From positions 416,001-480,000 of the forward strand of contig JAVJNR010000005.1 in assembly GCA_040217195.1 (NCBI GenBank): DNA of 64,000 nt, written 5' to 3'. Both the position numbers and the translations under genes were made by a program. The DNA is from Leptospiraceae bacterium (lineage in GTDB: Bacteria; Spirochaetota; Leptospiria; Leptospirales; Leptonemataceae). Below, one piece after another: positions 18,024 to 28,107 of this stretch. The notes below the pieces were generated by a model. The model searched no databases. It worked only from the letters and a program-made list of their open reading frames with translations, and had not been told where the DNA came from. Each line of letters opens with the position of its first letter. The first letter of the stretch is position 1.

Positions 18024-19268
18024 TTAACTAATCTGATTTCGGGAATCGGACATCTTTGCGGATGATTGCTCAAAGGCCCGGGCATGCATGTTCGCTGTAT
18101 TTTCCCATGTCCACTGACCTCTGGCCGGACGAAAAGATGAAAGTTTCTTTTTGCTCTGCCGCACCTGCATTTCCAGCATCCCGTAAGCCCAACCTTTCAC
18201 ATCCATTGGATCCAGATACTCCGCATGGTGATCTGCGATTTCATGAAAACAGGAAAGATTGGAAACCAGAGCATGCTTTCCATGAGCCATGGCCTCCAGC
18301 AAAGGAATACCAAATCCTTCATAAAGAGAAGGCATCACAAAATAAGCACAATTCCGATACAGCCAGTCCAGCTCTTCATCGCTTACACCCTTCCCCTGGT
18401 ACGGCCAGTGCAAACCGGGTAAACGTCGCTCCATATCCTCAAGCTTCTGAAATAGCTCCCCGGACTCCCAACCTCTGCGTCCTGCGATAACCAGACCAAG
18501 TGGTGTCCGCCCTTCCTGTGCACCCAGTTCGCAATATTTCTCGTAAGCATCCAGAAGAGTTCGGTAGTTTTTTCTGGGCTCAATGGTGGAGCAGGCCAGC
18601 ATAAAGGGAGGCACAACCTGGGCTTTCGCATTTCGGTTTCTTCGATGGGAAGCCACCATTCGAGCATCTGGTTCAGAAATCTGGGCCAAAAATTCTTCGC
18701 TTACTTCGGGCAACTTCCTGGATGGTTTTTCCATACCTGGATAGGCCACAAGTATTTGATCCGCGGGATACTTATAACGATCCAGAATTTCTCGTCTGGT
18801 CTGCTGTGAATTGGCCAGGATACAATCAGCTCTTTTAATACTGTAGCCCTGCACTGATTTCTGCTGCCATCGGGCCAATCTTCGCATAGAATCTGGAAAC
18901 CGGTAGGCTACAAAATCATGAAAGGTGAGTACAGCCCCGGTACCCGCTGGCAAAGCCGGAGGAAGAACCTGCTGAGTGCCCCAGAAAACATCCGGAGGAT
19001 TCTTTCTCAGTTCTGCAGGTAATCGAACATTGAAATCGGTGGCACCGGTACGACTTAGAGCTCCCTGACCCTGTATCCATTCCACATCGGATCTTTTTAG
19101 AAGTTCATCGTAGTCGGAATGAGGGGGATTTTGCGCATGCAGTTCGAACCAGAACCGCTCCGGTTCAACGTATTGAATTACTTTTTGAATGATGCGTGCC
19201 ACACCGGAAACGGGCAAGCAAAGTGGACGGGCATCGACGCCTATTCTCAGTCGCTTTTCCTGCTGCAC
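18024..19268 (-). CDS. Glycosyltransferase family 4 (GT-B)
   Basis: IGVDAR, TFHD, TIEPRKN, PSLYEGFGIPLLEAMA. Confidence 0.93.
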   Translation of the reverse strand: MQQEKRLRIGVDARPLCLPVSGVARIIQKVIQYVEPERFWFELHAQNPPHSDYDELLKRSDVEWIQGQGALSRTGATDFNVRLPAELRKNPPDVFWGTQQVLPPALPAGTGAVLTFHDFVAYRFPDSMRRLARWQQKSVQGYSIKRADCILANSQQTRREILDRYKYPADQILVAYPGMEKPSRKLPEVSEEFLAQISEPDARMVASHRRNRNAKAQVVPPFMLACSTIEPRKNYRTLLDAYEKYCELGAQEGRTPLGLVIAGRRGWESGELFQKLEDMERRLPGLHWPYQGKGVSDEELDWLYRNCAYFVMPSLYEGFGIPLLEAMAHGKHALVSNLSCFHEIADHHAEYLDPMDVKGWAYGMLEMQVRQSKKKLSSFRPARGQWTWENTANMHARAFEQSSAKMSDSRNQIS

Positions 19269-19309
19269 CCTATCCTTCTATTCCTGCACAACCTGAAGGC
19301 TGTCTGGAT

Positions 19310-19537
19310 CTATCTGCCGGGGATTGGATGCCTCACCGGAAAAACCGACGAAATGGAATGTTTAAAAACCAGGGTTGGACTTTTATCAGTTACCACATAG
19401 ACCGTATGGCTATCGTGGGCCAGAACCTTGCCCCGAACCGGAACACCGTTTTTTAGATACAGGGTGAGTCTGGAGGCCCTTGATATGGCCTTCTCAATAA
19501 TCTGATCCTGATCAGAACGATGTTGCCTTGCAGACAT
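19310..19537 (-). CDS. hfq: Hfq-like (Sm-fold) RNA chaperone, divergent
   Basis: QD...LTLYLKNGVPVRGKV..D..TV....LVFKHSISSV matches the Sm1 and Sm2 motifs. ATG at 19537 preferred. Confidence 0.82.
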   Translation of the reverse strand: MSARQHRSDQDQIIEKAISRASRLTLYLKNGVPVRGKVLAHDSHTVYVVTDKSPTLVFKHSISSVFPVRHPIPGR

Positions 19538-19593
19538 GGCACTTAGGATGCTGGAAGCCATCTACGGTGCAATCAGTTTTTCCCGCACTGTCA

Positions 19594-20445
19594 CTACTCG
19601 GAGCCGTACCGGTCCCGAAGCTTCAGGCCATGGTGCTGAAAATACTGATGGTATTGCATCACTGGATCCGGGCGACCGCAACAAAGTCCAGGCCGGCGGC
19701 CCCCCGGGGGCCACAGATCTATACCAGTACCGGTATCTGGCCGGATGATCAGACCTCCGGCAGCTTTGATCAAAGCCAGTCCTCCTGCAATGTCCCAATC
19801 GTTTTTGGGATAGAGGCTGACTGTTAAATCGTAGTCGCCTACAGAAACAAGTGCCAGCTTACGAGCCACAGATCCTTCCGGATGGAATTTAAGATCCTTG
19901 CTCTGTTCTTTGTAGATTCCTTTGTTCCATTCAGTCCGGCTCACACAAATGGAGGATTTTCTTAAATCCAGGGCTGATTTATTCAGCGGCTTTTTGGGTC
20001 CATGAATTGCGGTTTCCAGATCGTAGGTAGAGACTCCAGAGTCTTCAGTTACCATGATTCTGGGCTCCGCAGGTAAGGATACAGCGCCCCATATGGGCTC
20101 GCCTTTATGTATCAGACCTGCAGAAATGGCAAATTCGCCGTTCTTCTCAATGAATTCTCGGGTGCCATCAATGGGATCCACTACCCATAGAAACTGTTTT
20201 TCCGAAAGAGAATGCAAATCCCGCTCGGACTCCTCGGAAAGCCATCCGGCTTCAGGAAGTAGCGCTGAAAGACGCTTTTCGAGAATTTGATTGGCTTTCA
20301 GATCCGCTTCAGTAACCGGTTCTTTTTCATCTTTATAGCGAATTCCGGGATCGGAAGAGGCATATACTTCCAGCACCGCAACAGTGGCTTCGCGCATGGC
20401 CTGCAGTGCTGCGGACTGGAATTCGGAGTTGATTGAGAAATTCAA
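19594..20445 (-). CDS. cysQ: 3'(2'),5'-bisphosphate nucleotidase CysQ / inositol monophosphatase family
   Basis: PVTEAD, SEE, WVVDPIDGTREF, WDIAGG. Confidence 0.88.
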   Translation of the reverse strand: MNFSINSEFQSAALQAMREATVAVLEVYASSDPGIRYKDEKEPVTEADLKANQILEKRLSALLPEAGWLSEESERDLHSLSEKQFLWVVDPIDGTREFIEKNGEFAISAGLIHKGEPIWGAVSLPAEPRIMVTEDSGVSTYDLETAIHGPKKPLNKSALDLRKSSICVSRTEWNKGIYKEQSKDLKFHPEGSVARKLALVSVGDYDLTVSLYPKNDWDIAGGLALIKAAGGLIIRPDTGTGIDLWPPGGRRPGLCCGRPDPVMQYHQYFQHHGLKLRDRYGSE

Positions 20446-20458
20446 AGGGATTCAGGCA

Positions 20459-20887
20459 CTACGGGGTAGCGGGCTGGTCCTGATGATCCTGGTCAAAGTT
20501 CTCATCCATAATCAGAAATTTCTCATAGGCCGGTGCCAGAACAAAAATCTGAGGATCGCGTACAAAATCATATCTTACTATAAAGGATTTGTACTTCACA
20601 TAATAGGTGTTGGTGGAATCGATTTTCTCATAGGCAAGGTTTTCGATTTTCAAATCGTTCAGGTATTTATCCTGGGAATGAAAAAACCTGCGTATAATGG
20701 TAACTCGCATGGCTCGCAACAGATTGTCCTGAAGCTGGGCTTTCAGAACTGCAGGATCCGCCTGCCTGGTGCGTATGGCTTCTTCCACGGCACGAAATTC
20801 GCTAACAATGCCCTCTTGCTCTTCAGCCATCAGCGGTCCTGAAAGAATCAAAAGTGCAGTTGTAATAAGAAGTATTAGGCGACGCAT
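20459..20887 (-). CDS. Hypothetical exported protein
   Basis: Signal peptide MRRLILLITTALLILSGPLMA, SD GGAGAG, co-oriented with cysQ. Confidence 0.8.
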   Translation of the reverse strand: MRRLILLITTALLILSGPLMAEEQEGIVSEFRAVEEAIRTRQADPAVLKAQLQDNLLRAMRVTIIRRFFHSQDKYLNDLKIENLAYEKIDSTNTYYVKYKSFIVRYDFVRDPQIFVLAPAYEKFLIMDENFDQDHQDQPATP

Positions 20888-21209
20888 TTTTCTCTCCGTT
20901 GGCCAGCGATTGTTCTATTCCTTACCCGGCCAGAAAGCACAGGTAGAACCAGAAATTCCGACCTGGTAAGTACATCGGGATTCGATTGCCCCAAATTAAT
21001 GCACAACCGGGTATTTTTCCAGCGAAATAAGCAAAGAAAACCATTCGGGGTCTGACATTTGGATCAAATCCCGGAATTTATGGATTCAGCCTGACTCCGG
21101 GGCAGCAACGGAACATGAGCTGGTCCGCCCGTTCAGCGCCAGCCGGGCAGCAATGGCCATCTCGTTGTCAAATTGGCCTTCCGGAAACCGGCCAGGAAAT
21201 GCTGTTTAT

Positions 21210-23387
21210 CTACAGAATCTCCAGAGGAGTATAGTTGGAAAGAAACAGTTTGATGCTTCCATCGGAAAAGCGGATCTGAATCTTCTGTCCGGCCACCGTA
21301 CTTTCTGTTGTTAGGATTTCACCTTCACCGTATTTGCTATGTTTGACTCTCTGCCCCTGCTCATAGGTTGCATTTCGCAATCCCCTTTCCGGCGGTCTGG
21401 AACGAGCCCCACCGGCCCGGCTGGCTCCGGGAGCTACAGCAGCTGACATTCGATTCACCGACTCCAGGCCTATTTCCTCTATAAACCTGGAGGGCATTCG
21501 GGGCTGCACTGAGCCGCCCATCCGTCTGAATCGGCTATGACTTACGTACAATTCTTCTCTGGCGCGAGTAATGCCAACATAGACCAGACGTCTTTCTTCT
21601 TCAACGTTGCCCTCATCCAGAGAAAGCTGATGGGGGAGCAATCCTTCTTCCATTCCAGTAAGGAAAACCACGGGGAACTCCAATCCTTTCGCATTGTGCA
21701 ATGTCATTAGATGAATACACTGACTCCGGTCTTCGGGAGTGTCTGGATTGGTTTCCGATGTTAAAAGAGTTACGTTCTGCAAGAATCCGGAAAGATCTGG
21801 ACTTTCCTCTCGATTCTCATAGTCCTGCACGGAAGAAATCAGTTCGGAAACGTTTTCCAGTCTGGAAACCGACTCCGGATCATTGTCCTGAGAAAAGAAT
21901 TCTTTGAGCCCCGAACCTTCGTACACTGATTGAGCCACCAGAGATGGGGACTGGCTTTCTGCCATGGAACGCCAGTTCTCGAATTGAGAATGCAGTTCCT
22001 GGAGCGTAGCTGCGGGACGGAATCGCGGCAACTCTGCAGCTCGGCCCATGGCTTCGTAAAGACTGAGCCCATTCTGATAGGCAAAATCCTGCAACTTTTC
22101 TACGCTACGATCCCCCACAGAACGGGCCGGCACATTAATGATTCTTTCCAGAGAAATAGAATCTTCCGGATTCACGATTACATTTAAATAGGCCAGGATA
22201 TCCTTAACTTCCTTTCTATCAAAGAAGCGAAAGCCACCAAAAAGAACATACGGCAGACTATGCTGATTCAGGACCTGTTCATATACCCGGGATTGCGCAT
22301 TGGTTCGATAAAAAACCGCAAATTCGGAAAGTTTACGCCCCTGACTTCTGAGAGTTTGAATTCTACTTATTACGGCTTCTGCTTCTTCAAATTCGGAGTC
22401 ATAGATATGATATCTTAGATCTTCCCCGGAATCCCTGGAAGTGAACAGAGTCTTCTCTCTTCTTTGCTGATTGTTCGCAATTACCTTTGAAGCTGCTTTT
22501 AGAATGACGGGGGTGCTCCGGTAATTCTCCTCCAGCTTCAGTATCTTCGCTTCCGGGTAGTCGGATTCGAAGCTCAATATATTCGTAATGTCTGCACCCC
22601 TCCAGGAATAGATGGACTGATCATCATCACCCACCACCACAATGTTTCTGTGCTTTTCAGCAATCATCTTGCCCAGGACGTATTGCCCATGATTCGTATC
22701 CTGATACTCATCAATCAAGAAATGCTGCCAGAAGTCCTGGTAGTGGTTTCGCACCTCTTCATTGTTTTGAAGAAGTCTTACAGACTCAAATAGCAGGTCG
22801 GAAAAATCAACAGCCTGGTTCTGCCTTAATCGAAGCTTGTATTCCCGGTAGACTTGCTGCGCCGCCTCTTCGTAAGGATCCGTGGCCCGGGGCAATTCAT
22901 CCGGTCCCAGTAATCGATCCCGGTATCCATCCATCCTGGATAACACAGCTTCCGGTCGCATAAATTCTTTAGAAATCTTCTGCTCTTTGAGAATGGACTT
23001 CACCAGACTTTTTTGAGCCGCAGAATCATAGATAGAAAATCCGCTCTTTAGATTTAACAAATTGTAGTGGTTTCGAATGATGTATAAGCCCAGAGAATGA
23101 AATGTGCGAATATGCACTCTATCTGCCATTGGACCAATAAGCCCTTCCAGTCTGCTTCGCATTTCCTGGGAGGCCTTGTTGGTGAAGGTAACCGCAGCAA
23201 TTCGATAGGGGGGCACACCCTTCACCCGGCACAGATATGCAATTCTATGGGTAATGACCCGGGTCTTGCCGGAACCGGCCCCGGCCAGTATTAGTAGCGG
23301 ACCGTCCCCGTGTCGCACAGCTTCTCGCTGCACATCGTTCAATTCACCCAGGAATTCCTGCTCCAGTGTTGCTTGAAAATCAGACAA
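21210..23387 (-). CDS. pcrA: ATP-dependent DNA helicase UvrD/PcrA
   Basis: AGAGSGKT, TFTNKA, DEYQDTN, VGDDDQSIY, NYRS, TLHNAKGLEF, EERRLVYVGITRA, C-terminal Tudor-like domain. Confidence 0.96.
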   Translation of the reverse strand: MSDFQATLEQEFLGELNDVQREAVRHGDGPLLILAGAGSGKTRVITHRIAYLCRVKGVPPYRIAAVTFTNKASQEMRSRLEGLIGPMADRVHIRTFHSLGLYIIRNHYNLLNLKSGFSIYDSAAQKSLVKSILKEQKISKEFMRPEAVLSRMDGYRDRLLGPDELPRATDPYEEAAQQVYREYKLRLRQNQAVDFSDLLFESVRLLQNNEEVRNHYQDFWQHFLIDEYQDTNHGQYVLGKMIAEKHRNIVVVGDDDQSIYSWRGADITNILSFESDYPEAKILKLEENYRSTPVILKAASKVIANNQQRREKTLFTSRDSGEDLRYHIYDSEFEEAEAVISRIQTLRSQGRKLSEFAVFYRTNAQSRVYEQVLNQHSLPYVLFGGFRFFDRKEVKDILAYLNVIVNPEDSISLERIINVPARSVGDRSVEKLQDFAYQNGLSLYEAMGRAAELPRFRPAATLQELHSQFENWRSMAESQSPSLVAQSVYEGSGLKEFFSQDNDPESVSRLENVSELISSVQDYENREESPDLSGFLQNVTLLTSETNPDTPEDRSQCIHLMTLHNAKGLEFPVVFLTGMEEGLLPHQLSLDEGNVEEERRLVYVGITRAREELYVSHSRFRRMGGSVQPRMPSRFIEEIGLESVNRMSAAVAPGASRAGGARSRPPERGLRNATYEQGQRVKHSKYGEGEILTTESTVAGQKIQIRFSDGSIKLFLSNYTPLEIL

Positions 23388-23426
23388 AAAAGACTCCTGA
23401 ATCGGCCAGGCCGTATATGCAGGATG

Positions 23427-24809
23427 TCAGGACCGCCCTGCGAAGGCAACCAACTCATCCAGGCCCAGATCTATGGATTGTAACTCAGGAAGTGCTTTCA
23501 AATACGCAGGTAGCATTACTGGCTGCTCAAAATTGCTTACATCCAGGGGTTCTTTTCTTCTTAGCCAGTAGAATCGGTCCTCTGGCTGAAGAATGCTTCG
23601 AAGGCTACTATGCAGTCCTGCGCCGCCTTCTACCAGAACTGTATTGAAACCCAATTCGGAAAGATTTCGCAGTAATGCAGAACCGAACAATGGATCCTTC
23701 ATCGATGGAAGATCCCCGGGAGTTTTCTTTTTGCTCAGGGTCCAGAAGATTGGTTCCGGGCCTCCGCTTAGCTCTATTTGTTTCTGGGACTCATGAAATC
23801 GCTGCAGGCTACGTCCTGACTCCGGCATCAAAAAGATTCGAACAGGCTGATGATCAAATTCAGGCTTATACATCTGCGACTCGCTGGCGTATCGCAGTAA
23901 TGCTTCAATGAAAGGATCGGGAGATTTAAGATAATGAAAAGACCGTTGATTGGAGGCGTCATAAATGCTCCGGGAATCTACCATTTTCTGAGGTGTATCC
24001 ACTGTGCTTTCTGTATCAAAGCTGGAAGGACCCAGTTCAATACCCCTTGGATCCGCTCTCCAGTCCAGCGATGGCTCATCTACCAGTACCGTTCTGGGAC
24101 CCACGATAATGGCATCCACTACGCGACGCAAAAGCTGGCCAGCCTGCAGGGCTTCCCTGCCCGAAACCATAACCCTACTACTGGAATCACCCATACAGCC
24201 GGTCGGATCGCTGGCTGCTTTCAGAATCATTCTGGGTCTTCCGTAAAGAAGCCGATGGGCAAAACTGGCAGGAAACAGTCCATACAATCGCCCCAGACCG
24301 CTAAGAAAGGATTCCAGACCGGCCGGCCTGTGCTGTATTCTATTCGAAAAGACAGAACGGTTAGCCAGGCTTGAACTGCCCTGGCTTACAGGCCAGGTGC
24401 GTGGAAGATATACGGATCGGCCGCTGTGCTGCAGCAGGCGAACTCCTTCGCCAGACAGGCCAGGATCCAGACCGCCAATGTAAATCTGCTGCAGCTCCGG
24501 TATGGAGCGAATCCGGTCCACACAGGGGGCCGTACGGCCGGTCTTGCTGCAGGGTTCTAGAGTAACGATTAAACTGTCCGGCGAGCGTCCGAACTGAGAC
24601 TGGAATCTGTCCAGAGCCACAATCTCTGCATGTCTTTTTCCGGGAGGTTCCGTGGCGCCTGAAGTGCGGTCTTCTGGCCTTGTGGAGTCAAAGGCCAGGG
24701 CTGCCACCGTAGGGTTGGGGGCTGTGCGGCCACTGGCCAGGATTGATTCTTTAAGAAGCTCCTCTAAGTAGAGCGATGCAAATTCCGTTTCCAGCCAGTG
24801 ATCATGCAT
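23427..24809 (-). CDS. ribD: Bifunctional riboflavin deaminase/reductase RibD, divergent with insertions
   Basis: TAPNPTV, HAE, TLEPC...APC zinc motif, DAIIVG..TV..D.PSL, VLVEGG. Confidence 0.85.
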   Translation of the reverse strand: MHDHWLETEFASLYLEELLKESILASGRTAPNPTVAALAFDSTRPEDRTSGATEPPGKRHAEIVALDRFQSQFGRSPDSLIVTLEPCSKTGRTAPCVDRIRSIPELQQIYIGGLDPGLSGEGVRLLQHSGRSVYLPRTWPVSQGSSSLANRSVFSNRIQHRPAGLESFLSGLGRLYGLFPASFAHRLLYGRPRMILKAASDPTGCMGDSSSRVMVSGREALQAGQLLRRVVDAIIVGPRTVLVDEPSLDWRADPRGIELGPSSFDTESTVDTPQKMVDSRSIYDASNQRSFHYLKSPDPFIEALLRYASESQMYKPEFDHQPVRIFLMPESGRSLQRFHESQKQIELSGGPEPIFWTLSKKKTPGDLPSMKDPLFGSALLRNLSELGFNTVLVEGGAGLHSSLRSILQPEDRFYWLRRKEPLDVSNFEQPVMLPAYLKALPELQSIDLGLDELVAFAGRS

Positions 24810-25788
24810 TTCCCTTTTTTAAACGCCTGCGAAAGCCGGTGTAAACCTGCACAAGGTGAGAAGCAATAAAGATGGAAGAATAGGTTCCAATCAGGATACC
24901 AAACAGAATTATGTATGCGAAATCCACCAGACTTGTGGCTCCGCCTACAATGAGAGCAACAACTGCAATCAATGTAAGAAGAGAGGTGAGGATTGTCCGG
25001 GACAGGGTCTGGGTAATTGCCTCATCCATGATTGCAGGTTGCGCTGCCTGGTTAATGTCATCAATGTTGGCTCGTATTCGGTCAAAAATAACAATTGTAT
25101 CATTAATGGAGTAACCAAGCACAGTAAGCACCGCAGCCACCACGGGCACGGAGGGCTCAATTCGCATTACACCAATGAATCCCAGGGTAAAAATCAAATC
25201 ATGAACGAGAGCTGCAGAGGCTCCAAGAGCAAAAGGAAAGTCAAAGCGAAAAGTCAGGTAGACTCCAATCAATCCAATGGCCCAGCCAAGACTCCACAAT
25301 GCAGTCTCAAACAATTCCTGACCATAGCTGGGCGAAATGGCCGCTTTTGAGATTACATCCTTCTCTGTAATACCCAGCTCTGGAAGAATCAATTTTTCTA
25401 TTTCACCGGGTACGGTTCGAGTCTCTCGTCTGGCAGGCTCCTTGCCAGCCTCTTCATCGGCAGCGGCCTGCTCTTCTTGCTTCTTTTCAAATGCTGTGAT
25501 TTCAGCTTTGACCCGGTCTCGCACGTCCGGTCCGAACTCCAGGTCATATTGATTTCGTTTAAAATCTACGACTCGGGCAGAAGCTCCCGGTAAACCGGCT
25601 TTTTCTGCAGCCTTGAGCAGATCGTCTCTGGTTAGATTATCCGGGAGTTGAATGGTAAGTCGGACACCGCCATTGAATGAAATGGAGCGTTCAAAACCAC
25701 CAAAATGACCGTAGGTAACTGCAAACAAAGCCACAGCGCCTACCAGGGAAAGAACAAAGAATAGATTCCTGAATCGGGAGAATTTCAT
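24802..25788 (-). CDS. secF: Protein translocase subunit SecF
   Basis: ALVHD, GYSINDTIVIFDRIR, TLSRT, GTYSSIFIA. Confidence 0.96.
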   Translation of the reverse strand: MKFSRFRNLFFVLSLVGAVALFAVTYGHFGGFERSISFNGGVRLTIQLPDNLTRDDLLKAAEKAGLPGASARVVDFKRNQYDLEFGPDVRDRVKAEITAFEKKQEEQAAADEEAGKEPARRETRTVPGEIEKLILPELGITEKDVISKAAISPSYGQELFETALWSLGWAIGLIGVYLTFRFDFPFALGASAALVHDLIFTLGFIGVMRIEPSVPVVAAVLTVLGYSINDTIVIFDRIRANIDDINQAAQPAIMDEAITQTLSRTILTSLLTLIAVVALIVGGATSLVDFAYIILFGILIGTYSSIFIASHLVQVYTGFRRRLKKGNA

Positions 25789-27698
25789 ACTGATTTTTTC
25801 CTCCAGTAGCCAATGGAGAGATTCTGGACCTTGAAATACTTCAATGCCACATCGAATAGGAGGCGAGAAACATACAGGGCAGTAAACATGGAGCTTACAA
25901 TTCCAAAGAACAGAACAATGGCGAATCCTTTGATCGCCCCATCGCCTTCATAGTATAGAATGATGGATGCAATCAGCGTGGTTACGTTGGCATCCAGAAT
26001 GGTCCAGAAGGATGCATCAAAACCGGAATCAATGGCCACTGAAGCAGATTTGCCCGCACTCAAGTCCTCTTTAATTCTTTCAAAGATTAGAACGTTCGCA
26101 TCCACAGCCATACCGACGGTTAGAATGGCACCGGCAAAACCCGGCAGAGTAAGCGTGAATTCCATTAAACTGAGAATTCCAGCCATCAAAACCAGGTTCA
26201 AAGACAATGCAATGAGAGCAATAATGCCTGTTAACCTGTAATACAATAGCATGAAAAGGATAATGAGTGCAAACCCCAGAACCACAGAGAATACACCCTT
26301 TTCAATGGATTCCTTTCCAAGAGTAGGTCCAACGAAGGAAACACTGATTACGTCCAGCGGAAGCGGCAATGCTCCTTCGCGAATTACGTTGGCCACTTCC
26401 CTGGCTTCCCTTTCTCCGAACTGACCATTGATTACACCGTTACCGGTGGGGATCACTTCATTGATTCTTGGAGCAGATACCACTCGATCGCCCCATAGAA
26501 CAGCCATCTGCTTGCCTACGTTATTCCTGGTAATCTCTGTAAACTTCTCAGCTCCTGTTGCGGTTAGCTGAAAGTTAATCTGATAAAAGGCGGTTTGTCC
26601 AAGGGAGGCCTGGGCATTGGCCATATCCCCTCCATCCATTACGATTGGACCAAGTACATAAAAGTCCCTGGGAAGCATGGAACCGGTTCCGCTACTACCG
26701 CGACTCCAGTACTGAAATAGCCTGCCTTCTTGAGGTGTAAGATTGGCTTTTTCGGCTACCTCATCCATGATCTGATCCACCAGCACTTCATCCGGTCGAG
26801 GGCTTTGATAGATTTGAATAATACGTTTCTTCTCTTCGGTGAGATCCATGCTCTGGATTCTCTCCGTTGCTTCGGTATTTACGATGCGATACTCAACAGT
26901 AACGGTATCTCGCACCCTTTCCAGGACTTCCGAGCTGTTGGCCGCTCCTGGCATGTCCACAGCAATACTAAATGAGCCAGGCTGAATTCGAATTTCAGAC
27001 TCGGTCAAGCCCTGAGCCACCAGTCGTTTATCGATAATGTCTCTGGCCTGACGTAAAAGCTCCAGCTTTCTTTCTTCGCTGGGCGAAAGAATATCCTCAA
27101 TTTGTTCCAGGCGAGCCTCTGCATCGGCCTTTTCTTCACCCTGTAGCTGACCTGTGCGAATCCTGGTTTCCAGATCCGCAACCACAGGCTCATATTTCTC
27201 TTCCAGTTTGGCTATATAGGTATCATAGTCCGCCACAAAGATAGCCCGCATTCCGCCCTGAAGGTCCAGCCCCAGTTTGATTGTAAGAGGTTTGATTGAA
27301 TGCTCGGTAAGAAAGGCAAAGAAGCTTTCCAGAGCATGGGACTGGATTTCACTTCTTCGGTCATCCAGAAGCAATGGATAGGCCTGCATAATCTCATTGA
27401 ATTCTGCGCTGGTAACAAACCGCGCTTTCAACACGCAATGACGGCCTTCCGCCACACCCTTTCGCGGTTCAAAGTTGCATTCTGAATTTGGGAAATAACG
27501 GTGCAGCCCGGTCTCTTTGTCCTGGAGGAAGGCATCGATTTTTTCCTGCTCCACCTCAACTCTGCTTCCATCTTCTGTACGATAGTATTCAAGAAAGACC
27601 AGAGAGATCTCTCTGGTTGCCAGGTTGGGATAGAAAGCCAGAAAGAAAAATCCGGCCGTGAGTAATGTAACAATAGTTCTTTTTGGAATTCGATTCAT
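25785..27698 (-). CDS. secD: Protein translocase subunit SecD
   Basis: LGLDLQGG, GALP, VGPTLG, LTLPGFAG, GMAVDANVLIFERIKE, ILDANVTT. Confidence 0.97.
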   Translation of the reverse strand: MNRIPKRTIVTLLTAGFFFLAFYPNLATREISLVFLEYYRTEDGSRVEVEQEKIDAFLQDKETGLHRYFPNSECNFEPRKGVAEGRHCVLKARFVTSAEFNEIMQAYPLLLDDRRSEIQSHALESFFAFLTEHSIKPLTIKLGLDLQGGMRAIFVADYDTYIAKLEEKYEPVVADLETRIRTGQLQGEEKADAEARLEQIEDILSPSEERKLELLRQARDIIDKRLVAQGLTESEIRIQPGSFSIAVDMPGAANSSEVLERVRDTVTVEYRIVNTEATERIQSMDLTEEKKRIIQIYQSPRPDEVLVDQIMDEVAEKANLTPQEGRLFQYWSRGSSGTGSMLPRDFYVLGPIVMDGGDMANAQASLGQTAFYQINFQLTATGAEKFTEITRNNVGKQMAVLWGDRVVSAPRINEVIPTGNGVINGQFGEREAREVANVIREGALPLPLDVISVSFVGPTLGKESIEKGVFSVVLGFALIILFMLLYYRLTGIIALIALSLNLVLMAGILSLMEFTLTLPGFAGAILTVGMAVDANVLIFERIKEDLSAGKSASVAIDSGFDASFWTILDANVTTLIASIILYYEGDGAIKGFAIVLFFGIVSSMFTALYVSRLLFDVALKYFKVQNLSIGYWRKKSV

Positions 27699-27707
27699 GA
27701 CTTGATC

Positions 27708-28094
27708 TTATCCTCGCCGCTTTCCACCGGACCTTATCTGATAGATCACAAATAAGAGAACGATGCCGGCAAGCAGGAGTATGTTAATGACGTTTCGGTC
27801 CGCAAATATTTCAGTCCAGGAGGTATCGGAATCGTTGCCATCATTGTTTGTGACACTTTCCGGCTCCGGTCCGGTATCCACCGGTTCCGTTTCCACTTCC
27901 AGAGACTCGCTGGGTCCGGCCTTGATTTCTGGAATGTATTCATCGTACTGCATAGGAAATTCCTGCACAATACCCTCTTTCCAGGTATCAGCCGGTTGAG
28001 CCGGGGCAGGATCGGCAACGGGTTCTTCAGCTAAAACTGGCTGAAAAACCAGGCCAAATGCTGCGGCAAAAAGAAACGTCTGTAATCTTTGCAT
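27708..28094 (-). CDS. Hypothetical protein between yajC and secD: signal peptide, acidic/Pro-rich linker, C-terminal TM anchor
   Basis: MQRLQTFLFAAAFGLVFQPVLA signal and NILLLAGIVLLFVIYQIRSGGKRR anchor. ATG at 28094 avoids overlap with yajC. Confidence 0.78.
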   Translation of the reverse strand: MQRLQTFLFAAAFGLVFQPVLAEEPVADPAPAQPADTWKEGIVQEFPMQYDEYIPEIKAGPSESLEVETEPVDTGPEPESVTNNDGNDSDTSWTEIFADRNVINILLLAGIVLLFVIYQIRSGGKRRG

Positions 28095-28107
28095 GGCTTT
28101 CCGGGCT

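Noticed and set aside
20890..21209. 320-bp gap between pcrA and the exported-protein gene as an ncRNA
   Set aside because: Only a short imperfect repeat (CCGGG(G)CAGCAA) is present. There is no SRP, tmRNA, RNase P or riboswitch signature and no strong stem.
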